NCBI RefSeq assembly: GCF_018350175.1 | Contig: NC_058368.1 | Location: forward strand, 37,822,001-37,886,000 | DNA: 64,000 nt | Origin: Felis catus | Taxonomy: Eukaryota | Reading direction: 5' to 3' | Shown: piece by piece, positions 22,756 through 35,284 of the stretch | Layout: the number at the start of each line of letters is the position of its first letter | How positions within the stretch are numbered: the stretch's first letter is position 1 | Made by a program: the position numbers and the translations under genes | Notes under the pieces: model-generated | The model's input: the letters and a program-made list of their open reading frames with translations, nothing else | Told to the model about the DNA's origin: nothing | Database searches by the model: none

Positions 22756-23994
22756 GCCACAGAGACTTAGTTTAATATAATTTTTCGGAGCAAACCAAGA
22801 AAGCCATGTGCATCAGAAAAGATAGGGCTGATCAGAGCCCAGATATAATAGTATTACCCTTTAAAATTGTTATAAAATACTATGACATTAGTAATTGCAT
22901 GGTATCTCAAAATATAGAACATTAGTTGGATATTATGTAACTGACAAAATATTTGTGTACACACTTATATCATGTTTATCATAGTCATGTAAATGACGTA
23001 CCAGAAAAACATTTTTAACAATCATTAACTCTAGGTAGTTGAAATTTTGTTGCTTGCACTACTTCAGTTTTCTATATTACTTGTCCATATCTTCAATGTA
23101 ATTATTTAATGAAAAAGTCAATTATCAGGCTTTATTTTATATTAGGTTTTATATTTGTCATTTCTGAAAAAAACTTTTCAACCCACATACTTGTTATATG
23201 TTTCTGAACCTAAGACCAACTTTGTTTTTATATATGGATTTCCACTGTATGTTAACTAAATTAGGTGCACTTATTCTGTGAGAAATAAATTTACAAATTA
23301 GAAAAGAATTAGCAATTTATTTTGATTAGTATTTTGCTCTTTAGATTCTTATGACATTTAGAGTCAATTCAACATAAGTGAATTCATACAAACAATTCAA
23401 CCAGTGAAATATTCTAACATTTACTTTTTGGGTGGGATTTGACGGTATAGGAACTGATTTTCAGACCTTATTTTTTTTTAATTTGCATTATAAACGATAA
23501 AAAAAAAGTATGTGCTAACACTAATGCAGTGGATAAGGACAAAAGGGTGGCTAATAATACAGCCTCAATATTTTTTTTCCCTAAAAGCTTTATTCAAACC
23601 CTTGTGGGTGTCAACAAAGCATGGTGTATACACTGGCATTCATGAATAGTTTCTATGTTCATATAGCTGGCATTTTGAGAAAATGGCATTGTTTGAAAAA
23701 TTATCTCGCGTATAAAATGTTGTAAATAGTAATTTTATGCTGTTGCCAAAGCTTCAGAAACTGTTGATACAATTAGTTATTGCATTCAATTATTTTAGTC
23801 CTTTATGAAAGCAACCTAATGTGCACACATGCATGAGCACAAGTGCACATATTATTTATAATTTCATGAATAATTTTAGTGATGATTACTAAACCAAATA
23901 ATCCCAGTTACAGAAGAAGGTGATTTGCTAATATATGTAAAAAAAAAAAAAGAGAGAAAATATTGGAAAGCCATGAAGAGATTCTTTTAAAAAC

Positions 23995-24277
23995 ATTTAT
24001 TTAATTATTCATTCATTCATTCATTAACTCATTCATTCATTCACTCATTCATTCATTCATTCATTCATTCATTCATTCATTTATTTTGAGAGACAGCCTG
24101 TGCGTGTGTGTGAGCAGAAGAGGGGCAGAAAGAGAGAGAGAGAGAGAGAGAGAGAATCCAAGCTTACTCCATGCTCAGAGCAGAGACTGATGTGGGGTCT
24201 TGATATCATGATCCCGCAATCATGACCTGAACTGTTATCAAGAGTCAGACACTTACCAACTGAGCCATCTAGACACG
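23995..24277 (-). mobile_element. Can-SINE with (TTCA)n microsatellite in the tail
   Basis: (ATTC)n at about 24008-24080, (GA)n, diverged head. Confidence 0.88.
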
Positions 24278-24819
24278 TGGCAATGATGAGATTATTATTC
24301 AAAATAATGGAGCAAAAGAAATTTTGACAGAAAAGCATGATCAATGTAATTGTGGTTTTCAATATTTTAAGGGTGTATAGATTTTTTTTAAAATTTAGAT
24401 AGCATCTATTAAGAGTCCTATTAGATTAGTTAAAATTTACAAAATACTGAGGATATGAGAATGTATCTCTTGTGTTAGTCTGTGCTTTCTCTCAAAATTA
24501 CCATCAGGGCTAATTCTCTAATCAGGATAATTAAAAAATTCCTAGAAAAAACAAAATTAGAACTATAGTGAAGAAGGTACCATGCTAATTACCAACAGAG
24601 AAAATAATAAATAACTCTAAAATTGTAAATGAAGTAATGATAGCTACCAAAAGTAGAGAAACTAAGGAAAGAGAAGAAAGTCCACATAGGTTTGGTATAT
24701 TTCTAACAGGCTACCAATTGTGCATCTCATCAAGAGGTAGTCAGTGTATCCATTCCTCAAATCTAGTCCCATCATTAATTGATAGAATGAAATAGAAACC
24801 AGTGCATGAGTTATAAGCC

Positions 24820-25500
24820 CAGAATGAAAGTAGCTTTACAGCTTCTACTCCTGTTCTCCTGGAACACAGTAACCATGTGATTGAGCCCAGGAAAGACGGT
24901 GACATTCTAAGAAAGGATGAAGGACTGATACACTTTCTCCCTGTTGAGACCATCATAAGCCTACTGAGCAACTGACTGCCAACACAGGAGGGAGCCCAGC
25001 TGAGGGAACAGGTGAACTGTTCACCTGTGTCCAACACAAACTGCCATCCTACAACGTTGTGACTAAGTAAATGCTTCTTTTTTTTAAATTTTTTTTAACT
25101 TTTTAAATTTATTTTTGAGACAGAGAGAGACAGAGCATGAATGGGGGAGGGTCAGAGAGAGAGGGAGACATAGAATCTGAAACAGGCTCCAGGCTCTGAG
25201 CAGTCAGCACAGAGCCTGATGCGGGGCTTGAACTCACAGACCGCGAGATCATGACCTGAGCCGAAGTCGGACGCTTAACCAACTGAGCCATCCAGGCGCC
25301 CCATTGCTTCTTCTTTTAAGCCACTAAATATAGAGATTTTGTTGTTGTTGTTATGCAGCAAATGCTAACTGACAAAAAAAAGCGGTATCATAATTAGGAC
25401 GCTACCATAAGAAAAACCTACACCATGTGGAATTGACTTTGGGGCTGAGCTATTGACAGGTGCTAGAAAAGCAGTAGAAAAGCTGTTAGAAAAACAGCGA
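24820..25500 (+). mobile_element. MaLR LTR (MLT1F/G/H-like) with start of internal sequence, split by a SINE
   Basis: LTR end ttttaagccactaaa...gttatgcagcaaatgctaactgaca, followed by MLT-int-like aaaaacctacaccatgtggaattgactttggg. Confidence 0.65.
25079..25302 (-). mobile_element. Can-SINE (SINEC_Fc-like)
   Basis: Full body. tgcttctt on both flanks. Confidence 0.96.
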
Positions 25501-25812
25501 GTGATCAATTAGTGGAGTCTATAAAAGTGGTGAGAAAATTGCTATAGCAGATGAAAAAAAAACAGTTGACCCTGATATTTTTAATTGATTTTGGCAAATA
25601 ATCAACAATTTGTGTTCAGTACATTTGAACACAAACTGTCTAAGTCTACAAAATGGTGTATTAGGAAGCTCCAAACTTTTATGTAGTAACACTGAAAAGT
25701 AACATTGAAAAACTAGCAGAAACGGCCAGAACAAACTTTGTCAGAATCTCAGAAAACATTCACAGCTTTATAGCAATGAAGTGGACACTGAATCAATAAA
25801 AAGCAACACGAA

Positions 25813-26015
25813 GGGGCATCTGGTGGCTCAGTCAGTTAAGCGTCTGACCCCTGGTATTGGCTCAGGTCATGGTCTCATTGTTCATGGGTTTGAGCCCTGC
25901 GTTGAGCTCTGTGTTATCAACATGTAGCCTGCTTGAAATTATCTGTCTTCCTCTCTCTCTGACCCTCCCCTCCTCATTTTCCCTCTCCTTCTCAAAAAAT
26001 AAATAAGCATTAAAA
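25813..26015 (+). mobile_element. Can-SINE
   Basis: Head ggggcatctggtggctcagtcagttaagcgtc, CT tract, aaaaataaataa tail. Confidence 0.92.
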
Positions 26016-26049
26016 TAATTTTTTAAAAAAAAGAATAATGAATCCCTCA

Positions 26050-27400
26050 TAGTATCCCCCACAAAGTTCTGAGGAACATGAGTTCAAAATCAAAATTTAT
26101 AAAACACATATAAAAGAATCAGCTTTGATGAGCAAAATTTCTGCAGAAAAAAACAGACTGAAGAGTTTCACAAAGGTTGCAAGTATTGGAATTATCAGAT
26201 GTAACATCAAAGGAACATAATTAAAGGAACAAAAGAGATTATATATCAAAAACTAGTAAGCATATTGTTGAAAGTAATAACTATAGTTTCTAGAAATTAA
26301 AACCTAAAATTTTAAATTAAAAACTGCATAATGCTCAAAATAGTAAAAAATAAAGATTAAAAACTGTATACAATTAAATATACCAAGTACAGATAAAGAG
26401 AGACTGAACAAACTGAAATTTAGAGTTAACCAAAAATAAGCCGATTAATACTCAGAAGAGAGATGAAAAATATGAAAAGTGTGGAAACAACAAGAATGGA
26501 GTAAATTCTAGCTGCAGAACCAGAAGGAAAGAATGGGGAAGAGGATGATGGGCAGGCAAAGGGAAATGTAAAAATGTCACACCTGAAAATACTCCAAGGT
26601 TGATGAACAACAGAAATCGTCTAAATTAGAAAACAATACAGGAAAGAGAGATACAGTTGAGGGAGAGACACATCCAAAAACCTTGAGCAAAACTGTAGAA
26701 AAACAAAGACAAAGAGGAGTACACCAAAGCATCAAAGAAAACAATGTAGATGCCGAACATGGGGTAATAACTGGACTGACAAGTACTGACAAAGAACTTC
26801 TCAAAAGAAAATAGAAACCAGAAGACTTCAAAATAATATGTTTTAATGGTGGGAAAAGAACAATGTAAAATCACTACTGAAACTCCTTTTTTTTTTTTTT
26901 AAGAATAACACTGACTACTGATATTTTCAAATAAGCGCATATTGAGAATTAGCTTGTAGTTACAAATGTTCACTTCAAGAAGAAAGGAAAAGGGGCGCCT
27001 GGGTGGCTCAACTGGTTGTGTCCACCTTCAGCTCAGGTCATGATCTCATGGTTTGTGGGTTTGAGCCTCGCATCAGCTCTGCGCTCAAAGCTCAGAGCCT
27101 GGAGCCTGCTTCAGATTCTCTGTCTCCCTCTCTCTGCCCCTCCCCTGCTCACACTCTGTCTCTCTCTCTCTCTTAAAAAAATAAAAAAAAAATCACTTAA
27201 AAAGAGAAGAAAGGAGAAAATGCAGAAAAGAAGGTCAGAAAGGCTAAACAAATATTAACTAAAACAAATAATTATAATTTATGGCATAAAACCAATAACA
27301 GAAAATAACAACATATGAATTGGAAGAGAATGATGTTAGAGTTAACCTTGCACTTCGTTAAATAAGGTTATTTCCGCTGTAAAATGAAAGGCTAAAAATG
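26050..27400 (+). mobile_element. Highly diverged A-rich L1 ORF1-region remnant
   Basis: Strong A-rich bias with L1-like motifs (attggaattatcagat; aaataactggactgacaag...ttctcaaaagaaaatagaaaccagaagac). Confidence 0.5.
26992..27203 (+). mobile_element. Can-SINE
   Basis: Head ggggcgcctgggtggctcaactgg. agaagaaagga on both flanks. Confidence 0.93.
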
Positions 27401-28387
27401 AGATTAATCAGTCAAGAACACTTTTTACTGACTGTACCATAGCGTTGTATCAGACTAACCCTCCCACTGAGAAACGTATAACTGCTGGATAGAATCAAGC
27501 AACAACAACAAACAGAAGTTTAGAGTCACTACACGTTAATGAAGCCACACGGAATTTGAATGACCAAATTCTGGAGACAAGGCAGCACACTGTGATGCCA
27601 GTATTCACTTGAACCTCCTCACTTGGTGATTGTGCCCAATTCTGGCACGCAGAGCAACCACTGAACCTATTCCTGGTGCTGGTGCTTCTCTTGCCACCTG
27701 TCATTTATGGCTGTTGGACATGAGGTATCTTCTGGACCTTTCTTGGAACGTAATCATCTGCTGACTTTTTGTATCTTAATTATCATATTCATTCCAACAT
27801 GTCCACTTTTTTCTGTGCTTTAATCCCATAATTATTGGCCACCACAGAATTTCGGACACGTTGACCTGCCCTAGCGTGGGGACCATCGTTTTCTCTATGT
27901 GTCACGGAACCGTCAGAGCAGCAAGTTTGGGTTACCCTCTAAGGTTATTGCCAGGTGCCAAATCTTCGCGGGACAGTGCTCTAAATCATTTAGCTTACAT
28001 TCAAGTGAAGGAGGGGTGTCTGTTCTTTTCAGGGAGTGATAGCCTTATTTGCGTATTCAGAACTCAAGAATTTTGGGTCATGAACTCCGATATCTCCCCC
28101 CATAGGTCAGAGTCCTGTTCTTTCCAAACCAGAGCTCTGACTTGGGTGCAATGTATCTGCTTTGCTTAGGGGCTAAGTGTTTCGGAGCTCAGCTTTCCTG
28201 ATGCGGAGCTCTTTGCTCTGACGCTGCGTTTTCTCTGCCTTCCTCCTGAAGACAGGCTCTTTGTGTGCTGTCAGTGAGACAATTTGGCTTTCACAGCAGG
28301 CTTTCAATTGCCAGTTAATCTCTCTAGGACTGGCATTATCTTTCCCTAGCGTGTCAGTCTAGTTTAGCAGTTGCCTGCTGCATCCTT

Positions 28388-29017
28388 TGTCTGTGTCTTT
28401 AATTTTTCTATTACTGTGCGACAGTATTGCCACAAGCTTCCAAGTAGCTAAGATGGCAAATATTCACTCTGTTATATAGTTGGTGTGAGTCAGGAACCCA
28501 GGCATGGCAGCCGAATCCTCTGCTTAAGGTAGTCCGAGACTGCAGTCTCATCTGGAGGCAGTCCGAGACTGCAGTCTCATCTAGGGTTGGAGCTGTTTTC
28601 CTGGTTGTGTGGTTGGGAGCAGCATTCCTTTCCTTGTAGATGTAATACTGAGAGCTTCACTTCAGATGTGTGTACTGTCTCATGGCTAGAGGATGCCCTC
28701 AGCAACTAGAGGTCCTCAGCAGGCTCTGCCATATGAAGTTCCTCAATATACCACTTGCTTCTTCACGGCAAAAAATAGAGAAAAAGCACGAGCCAGATGG
28801 GAGCTATACTCTTATGTAACAATCATTTTATTATGTACATGTAATCATATATATTTTTTCACTTTTGCCATATTCTATTGATCAGAAGCAAGCGACAGGT
28901 CCCACTTGCCACAAGTGACATGTCCCACTTACACACAAGGGGAGAGAGGGTAACACAAAAGCATGAACAATAGGATGCGAAGATAAATGACGGCGCTCTA
29001 AGAGTCTGTCCACCCCA
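28388..29017 (-). mobile_element. MaLR LTR (MLT1E/F-like)
   Basis: gtgagtcaggaacccaggcatggc; ttgccatattctattgatcagaagcaag; cacaaggggagagagggtaacacaaaagcatgaaca. Confidence 0.75.
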
Positions 29018-29130
29018 GTGTGCATATGCTTTAATTCATAATTTCCAGATACTTTATACGTTGCACCAATTTGTACATCGCCCTCCACCAGAATAGTAAG
29101 ACATTCCAACTGATCCCCTTTAAAAGTTTT

Positions 29131-29199
29131 TATTTACTTTTATTTTAAAAATTTTTTAACATTTTTTTTAATTTTGAGACAGTGCACGAGTGGGGGAGG

Positions 29200-29241
<42 letters not shown>

Positions 29242-29378
29242 GAAACAGATTCTGAAGCAGGCTCCAGGCTCTGAGCTGTCAGCCCAGAGCCCGATGTGGG
29301 GCTCAAACCCACAAAACTGTGAGATCATGACCTGAGCCAAAGTTGGATGTCTAAGTGACTGAGCCACCCAGGTGCCCC
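29131..29378 (-). mobile_element. Can-SINE (felid type)
   Basis: TSD cctttaaaagtttt at 29117-29130 and 29381-29394. Confidence 0.95.
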
Positions 29379-29944
29379 TACCTTTAAAAGTTTTAACACT
29401 TGTACTGCTGCTTTCTGTTAGTGGCTGTCTGTGCTTCATCAACACCAATAATGGAGTCTTTGTTGGTTCTCAAAGATGGAGTGATTCCATTCCAAAGTAC
29501 CGTCTTATTGCCTATGCTCCCATCTGTAGCTTTTCTGGGAAGCAGATTCTGATACAGAAATTAGAGTACAGGATATCTTTTAATGTGAGACCTCAGGATC
29601 AACACACATGGAGGAAAGGAGAAAGAAGCCAGATTGGGCAGAGGAAAAGGTGAAGTTTGAATGCAGTCCAGGTGGCCTCTGCTCACTGCACTATCAGCTG
29701 AAGCTAAAATAGCCCATCTGAGATTTTCCGTCTTCTGCTAGAAAGACTACCCTCATACACTGACCACACCCAATTATTGGATACAGGTACACCTGGGATG
29801 GTATGTGTTAAGGTAACACAACTTCCTGAAGTGGAGTTAACCCAGACAGAGGCTGAAAGCTGAAGCTGTCTTCTGAAAGCACTCCCAGCAACTGAAACAA
29901 CAATTTCTTCCTTGAAGAGTGACTTGAGTAGACCATCTTTGAGT

Positions 29945-30352
29945 CTAAACCACCTCCCATTTCTCCTTCAGAACAAAGAAACTCATTCCACCATCTACTG
30001 GATATGTGGGCTTCTGATAGATTGGCAGCTGAGTCCCTTCCTAGGGATTTCTCTAGTCTGAAGAAACCTGCCTTGCCCAAGTGTATGCCTGGAAGCAGCC
30101 TTGGCAAATATCCCATTAATGTTTGCTGAGGGCAAGAAAGGATGGCCCAGTGTCTCAACTGAGGCAACTCTGAAGATCTTCCTAGTTTCAGAGTTTTCTG
30201 TGGGTTTGTTTGAGGCGTCTAATGCCTTACGAAGTCCAACTGCCTTCTCCGTTGATTCCCTCATAGGTGTTATTCCTAGGAGAACACTACCAAACAAGCA
30301 ACCAACTCTGCATACACATCTCAGTGTCTGTTCCAGGGAATCTGACCTAAAA
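29945..30352 (+). mobile_element. LTR16-like ERVL LTR
   Basis: gccttgcccaag; gtctcaactgaggcaactctgaag; ends catctcagtgtctgttccagggaatctgacctaaaac. Confidence 0.7.
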
Positions 30353-30419
30353 CGCTTGGCTTCTGATAACTTCCCAATCTTCTTTGGTTTTTCAGAGATT
30401 ATAAGTAGTGGTTTTGATC

Positions 30420-32140
30420 CTAACTGTGGTGTTAACACCATCTCAACATTTTTCATTTTCCCTAGCACCAAAATTTTCTGGCATTCGTTCCTGCTGACTG
30501 GCAGTCCAGTCCGTCCCTCTTTGTCTCTCTTAATGACTTTTCCTTACTTGACTAATTGCTAATTTTGACAAACCCCTGGGTTCTGTCCTCAACCCTCATC
30601 TTTCTTCTATTTCTCTCTGTTTTTGTATAATCTTCCAATTTCTTTGCAAAATAACATCCTACCTGCCCCTATATCCAACTGTTTATTGACAGTTCTTCTT
30701 GGATATAGATATTTTATTTATTTTACTTATTTTTGTTTAATTTTTTTAAAGTTTATTTTGAGAGACAGACAGAAAGACAGGGGAGGGGCAGAGAGAGGGA
30801 CAGACAATCCCAAACAGGCTCAGTGCTGTCAGCGCAGAGCCCAATGTGGGGCTCGATCTCACAAACTGTGATATCATGACCTGAACTGAAACCAAGAGTC
30901 AGATACTTAACCTATTGAGCCCCCCAGGTACCCCATAGATATTTTAAACTCAAAATACTCAAAAGATAACATAGGGCTTCCTTGTTGTGCTTCAATAAAA
31001 CTTTCATTGACAGTATTCTCCATCTCAGTAAGTGTTATCACTATGTACCAAAGTCAATGATGTCATCCTTGACTCCTCGTCTTTCCTTCATTCTCTGCAT
31101 AAAATTCATTGGGAAGTATTGTAAGCCCCGTCTCCCAAATGTAACCAAATTTTACCAGTTCTTACAACTGCCATCACCATCTTTATTTTGCAAGTCTGGC
31201 TAAAGATTCTAATTGCTCTGCATCTATCCACTCATTTCCACCAAGAATCTCTTTGTTTTAATTGAGCCAATTTGATAATTTGTTTTCATGATTAATGATA
31301 TCTCTCACTCTCATGCCTAACACTTCAATTACTTAACCATCACCTTTGAGTAAAATTTACATTTCTTATCACAGTTTATGTGGCCTAAATTATCCACACA
31401 CTGTCTGCCTCACCAACTTCATCTCTTTCCTTCCAGGCTAGCTGTGTTTCAGAACTACTCTGGCCTTTTTAATATTTCATAAAAATGGAAGTTTGTATTC
31501 ACCTTGGAGCCCATGCAAAGACTGATAACAGAATCTCAGCATCCATCCTTCCCTTCTTTCTTTCTGTGATATAACCACCTGAATTGTGGCTGCAACAGGC
31601 CTGGCAGCTGCAGACTATATTCTCAGCCTCTTTATTGAATTGTGACCAAATTCAGGCCAATGTAATGTGAGCAGAGATAATATATATCACTTTCATGTCA
31701 TCTCCATAAAGATTTCTGTCCTGTGTTCCCTTTTACTCTTTATACTTGCCATGAAATGCTGAGGGCTGGGACAATCTTAAGAGTCTGAGGATGACAGAGC
31801 CACACGGGAAGGCCTGGACCACAAATCTTGGGAGTTTTTATGTGAGAAACAGTCACTGTAGTAGGAGGTGGTTTGCCTAGAATGCTATTTCCCCAAAACT
31901 TTGCATGACTGCCCTTTTTATCACTTACATCTGTGATGAAATATCATCTTATGTGGGACATCTTCTGTCCCTCCACTGTTCCCAGAAGCTCTTTTTATCC
32001 ATCCACACTAATTGAAATGACCTGGACATTTTGTTTGATTTTTGTTTTGCAAAGGCAAAGAAAAAACAAAAACAAAAACAGCAACAACTCATCTGCCTTA
32101 TTTTCCCATTAACTGAGCCATCACAGATGCAGAGTAAATT
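30420..32140 (+). mobile_element. L2 remnant, interrupted by a SINE and an MLT1-like segment (about 31520-31860)
   Basis: L2 motifs atatccaactgtttattgaca, ttaaactcaaaatactcaaaa, gtcatccttgactcctc, cctagaatgctatttcccca. Confidence 0.65.
30717..30934 (-). mobile_element. Can-SINE
   Basis: TSD atagatatttta at 30705-30716 and 30935-30946. Confidence 0.95.
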
Positions 32141-32147
32141 GTTAATT

Positions 32148-32378
32148 AATTATTTATTTATTTATTTTAATTTTTTTTTCAACGTTTATTTATGGGACAG
32201 AGAGAGACAGAGCATGAACGGGGGAGGGGCAGAGAGAGAGGGAGACACAGAATCGGAAACAGGCTCCAGGCTCTGAGCCATCAGCCCAGAGCCCGACGCG
32301 GGGCTCGAACTCACGGACCACAAGATCGTGACCTGGCTGAAGTCGGACGCTTAACCGACTGCGCCACCCAGGCGCCCC
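32148..32378 (-). mobile_element. Very young Can-SINE (SINEC_Fc)
   Basis: Near-consensus cctggctgaagtcggacgcttaaccgactgcgccacccaggcgcccc with CpGs intact. TSD gttaatt. Confidence 0.97.
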
Positions 32379-33429
32379 GTTAATTTTTTTTTTAAATGTG
32401 GTTAGACAGTAACTGTCTTTTACTGGTGATTTTCCTAACAAAGTAAGTAAATGAGCAGTAATTTAAGTAGTGTTTATTTTTATTTATTTATTTATTTATT
32501 TATTTTTTTTTGCCTAATAACCAAGTATTGACACTGGGTTTTTGGATAATTATCTGAAGTAGGATTATACTTCATTCTTCATATATATTGCTAGAAACAT
32601 TTAAATATGTGAGAGGTAATAAAGTAGAAAAAAACAGTATAAAAATACATTTTATGGGGTTTACTATTTTAAAAATAATGGCCTTAATATATTTTTATAG
32701 TATATGTTGCAATTATTTACTTATATACATTTAAAAAATGTACTAGATCTTATGTATATAAATGGAAAAATATTGCTAGGGATAATTTCACTCTGAGGAA
32801 ATGTCCTAACTTCAATGCAGGGTCCATTTTTTTTCTGGGACCTTTATAAAGAAGTTCTTTATTCTGTCAGAGGAAGCAGAATAAAATGTTCCCCTATTTA
32901 CCATCATACACAAAACATAATCTGCCTACCAGAGAACATTGATAATGGCAAATGGAATATAGCCAGAAAACCAAACATGAATGCCAGTGCTCAGATAGAG
33001 AAATGAATGAAAAGCTACAGCACTCCAGGGTCATTCCTATTCTCTAATAAATTGTTCAGTAAATATTTTTCCCGAGGATAATGGAAGAAAAGAAATCCTC
33101 CTTTAGAAACCAATGTTACCTACATGATGCCTTAAGCAAGGACGTAGGCAATGACATATTCTCCAGCTGTAGTTCTATAAAAATAATTCTGGAAAATGAA
33201 TCATTATTATTTCACATATCCTATGTTAAAAAGAAATCATCAGAAAGCAAATGGAGAATATGTGAAAGAAAAGAACAGAAACTAAGGGTTATCATTGATT
33301 TCTTAGTGAAGACAGCTGATGTTGCTGAAGTTTACACTATACATTTTCTTTACAGATATATTGGTATTCAAACTGCTATATACAAAAATGTTATTAATTT
33401 ACATTCACATATATTCAAGTATTCCCCTC

Positions 33430-33765
33430 ACAGCAGAAATCTGTCCAGAGGTTGCTGGGGATCCTAGAGGGAGCTTCCATGTCTCTGTGATATAGCTCAA
33501 CAGCAAAGCAAGGAGGTTCTGGGTCAGAGAGCTTTCAAGGACAGCAGTGGCTTGGGGCCTTTATGGCCCCAGAAGTTAGCAATAGCTAGCAGATGAGGGC
33601 TGAGGATTCATGGTTTGTGCAAAGCAGGTGGGCTATCCATGGCTAAGAATCTTCTTGTTTGGGCTGTTGTTAACGTAATTGGATTTGTACAAATTTAAGT
33701 TTGGCACCAGTGGGCTTTTGAGCAAATGAGTCTCATCTGCCGTTTAGAAACTAATGTACGGGACT
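33430..33765. mobile_element. Probable LTR-derived fragment (family not determined)
   Basis: GC-richer segment in AT-rich DNA with a vague resemblance to ERVL-class LTRs. Confidence 0.3.
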
Positions 33766-33906
33766 TTTTTTGTCTCAATTATATGACATACACAGCTCTT
33801 TCTACCTCTCTATTTTTCATTCTATCTATATATCCAAGTCCTGTTGCAGAATGTGGCTTCAGGTGTTCTAAACAAATTTTTTGTCATATTCGTTAGGATC
33901 ATGATT

Positions 33907-34129
33907 AAAAATTTTTTTAATGTTTATTATTATTTATTTACTTATTTTTTGAGAGAGACAGGGCGTGAGCAGGGAAGGGCATAGAGAGAGGGAGACCCAG
34001 AATCCAAAACAGGCTCCAGGCTCAAAGCTGTCAGCCCAGAGCCTGAGGCGGAGCTTGAACTCATGAACCACGAGATCATGACCTGAGCTGAAGTTGGATG
34101 CTTAACTGACTGAGCCACCCAGACACCCC
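33907..34129 (-). mobile_element. Can-SINE (felid type)
   Basis: TSD gatcatgatt at 33897-33906 and 34132-34141. Confidence 0.95.
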
Positions 34130-34804
34130 ACGATCATGATTTTTAAAACAATGCTCTAGTTATTTTTATGTTGAAATACTTGGCCTAGATTAACATTGAG
34201 TTATTACTTATCCACTATTACAGAAATGTAATTGCCTAAAATTTTTACGACATTTAATTTGCCATAGTAGTATCGTGTGTGAAATCCCCAAATCCTCTAA
34301 ACTTATAATTCTAGTTCTAGTAATGCTTTTCTACAGAAATAAGGTAAAATGTTGGAAAATGTTTCTGTTCAAGGCATTAAAATTCACTACCCTTTATAAT
34401 TACAAAAACGGAAAACAATCAAAATTTGCAAAAAGGATACGGTAAGGCAAATTGTAGAAACTATGCATTGTACAAATTGTTCTTATTAAAACATTGAGAA
34501 AATCCTTCCTTTATGTTGTGAGTTCCATGGCATCAGACATTTTCTGTTTTCCTTTTGTTATACAAGTCCTAGAAATTGTCTGTTACATAGTATGCCTCTC
34601 GTAAATATTGAATAATGGATGACTCCCCCCATAAATTGCATAGAAAATAAACCAAAAAAAGGTATAAAATGTCAAAGGATGCCATGATTTATGAATAATG
34701 TATTAGTTTTTGTTTTGTGATTGGATTTTACATTTTTTAAAATTGATAATTTTTATGGATTAATCAAACCTCATGAAAATTACATTAAAAGTAATCTAGA
34801 GTTT

Positions 34805-34927
34805 GGGGCCCCTGGGTGGCTCGGTTGGTTAAGCGATTGACTCTTGATATCAGCTCAGGTCGCGATCTTGTGGTCATGAGATCGTACCCTGCATCAGTCT
34901 TTGCGCTAAGCATGGGGCCTGCTTAAG

Positions 34928-34976
<49 letters not shown>

Positions 34977-35068
34977 TTCTCTCTCTCTCTCCCTCCCTCC
35001 CTCCCTCTCCCCCACTTGCTCACTCGCTCACTCTGTCTCAAAATAAATAAATAAACATTAAAAAAAAA
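34805..35068 (+). mobile_element. Can-SINE with long (CT)n
   Basis: Head ggggcccctgggtggctcggttggttaagcg, (CT)n, A tail. Confidence 0.94.
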
Positions 35069-35091
35069 CAGGCAATCTAATATTTCCAAAC

Positions 35092-35250
35092 CAGGGGTTG
35101 GGGAAATTTGTAAGATAGAAACTATTTTAAGCAGTTGGAATTTACAATCTTTGTTACAACTGCTCAGCTCTCCTGGTAACAGGAAAGTGGCCATAGATGG
35201 TATGTAAATGAAAGAATTTGACTCTGATGCCAAAACCTTCAGTTAAAAGA
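35092..35250 (+). mobile_element. MER58A-like hAT-Charlie remnant
   Basis: caggggttgg...agatagaaactattttaag...caactgctcagctct...gccatagatggtatgtaaatgaa. Confidence 0.7.
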
Positions 35251-35284
35251 GCTATTTCCAGACCAAGAGGTTTTGTTTTCTTTT

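Larger units (their letters stand above)
27700..29935 (-). mobile_element. ERVL (HERV16-like) proviral remnant: LTR16-like 5' LTR (about 29935-29515), leader and decayed gag, interrupted by an MLT1 and a SINE
   Basis: The minus strand at 28144-28095 translates QVRALVWKEQDSDLWG, like the recalled ERVL gag motif KVRALVGKEWDP.TW. LTR16-like ctgggaagcagattctga...gattgggcagagga. Confidence 0.65.

Noticed and set aside
29808..30562. Overlapping 119-158 aa ORFs
   Set aside because: They lie within LTR16-like and L2 sequence and show no protein-family motif.
33081..33467. 128-aa ATG ORF (MEEKKSSFRNQ...)
   Set aside because: AT-rich composition, no recognisable domain, no promoter or splice support. 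A chance ORF is likely, though not tested by search.
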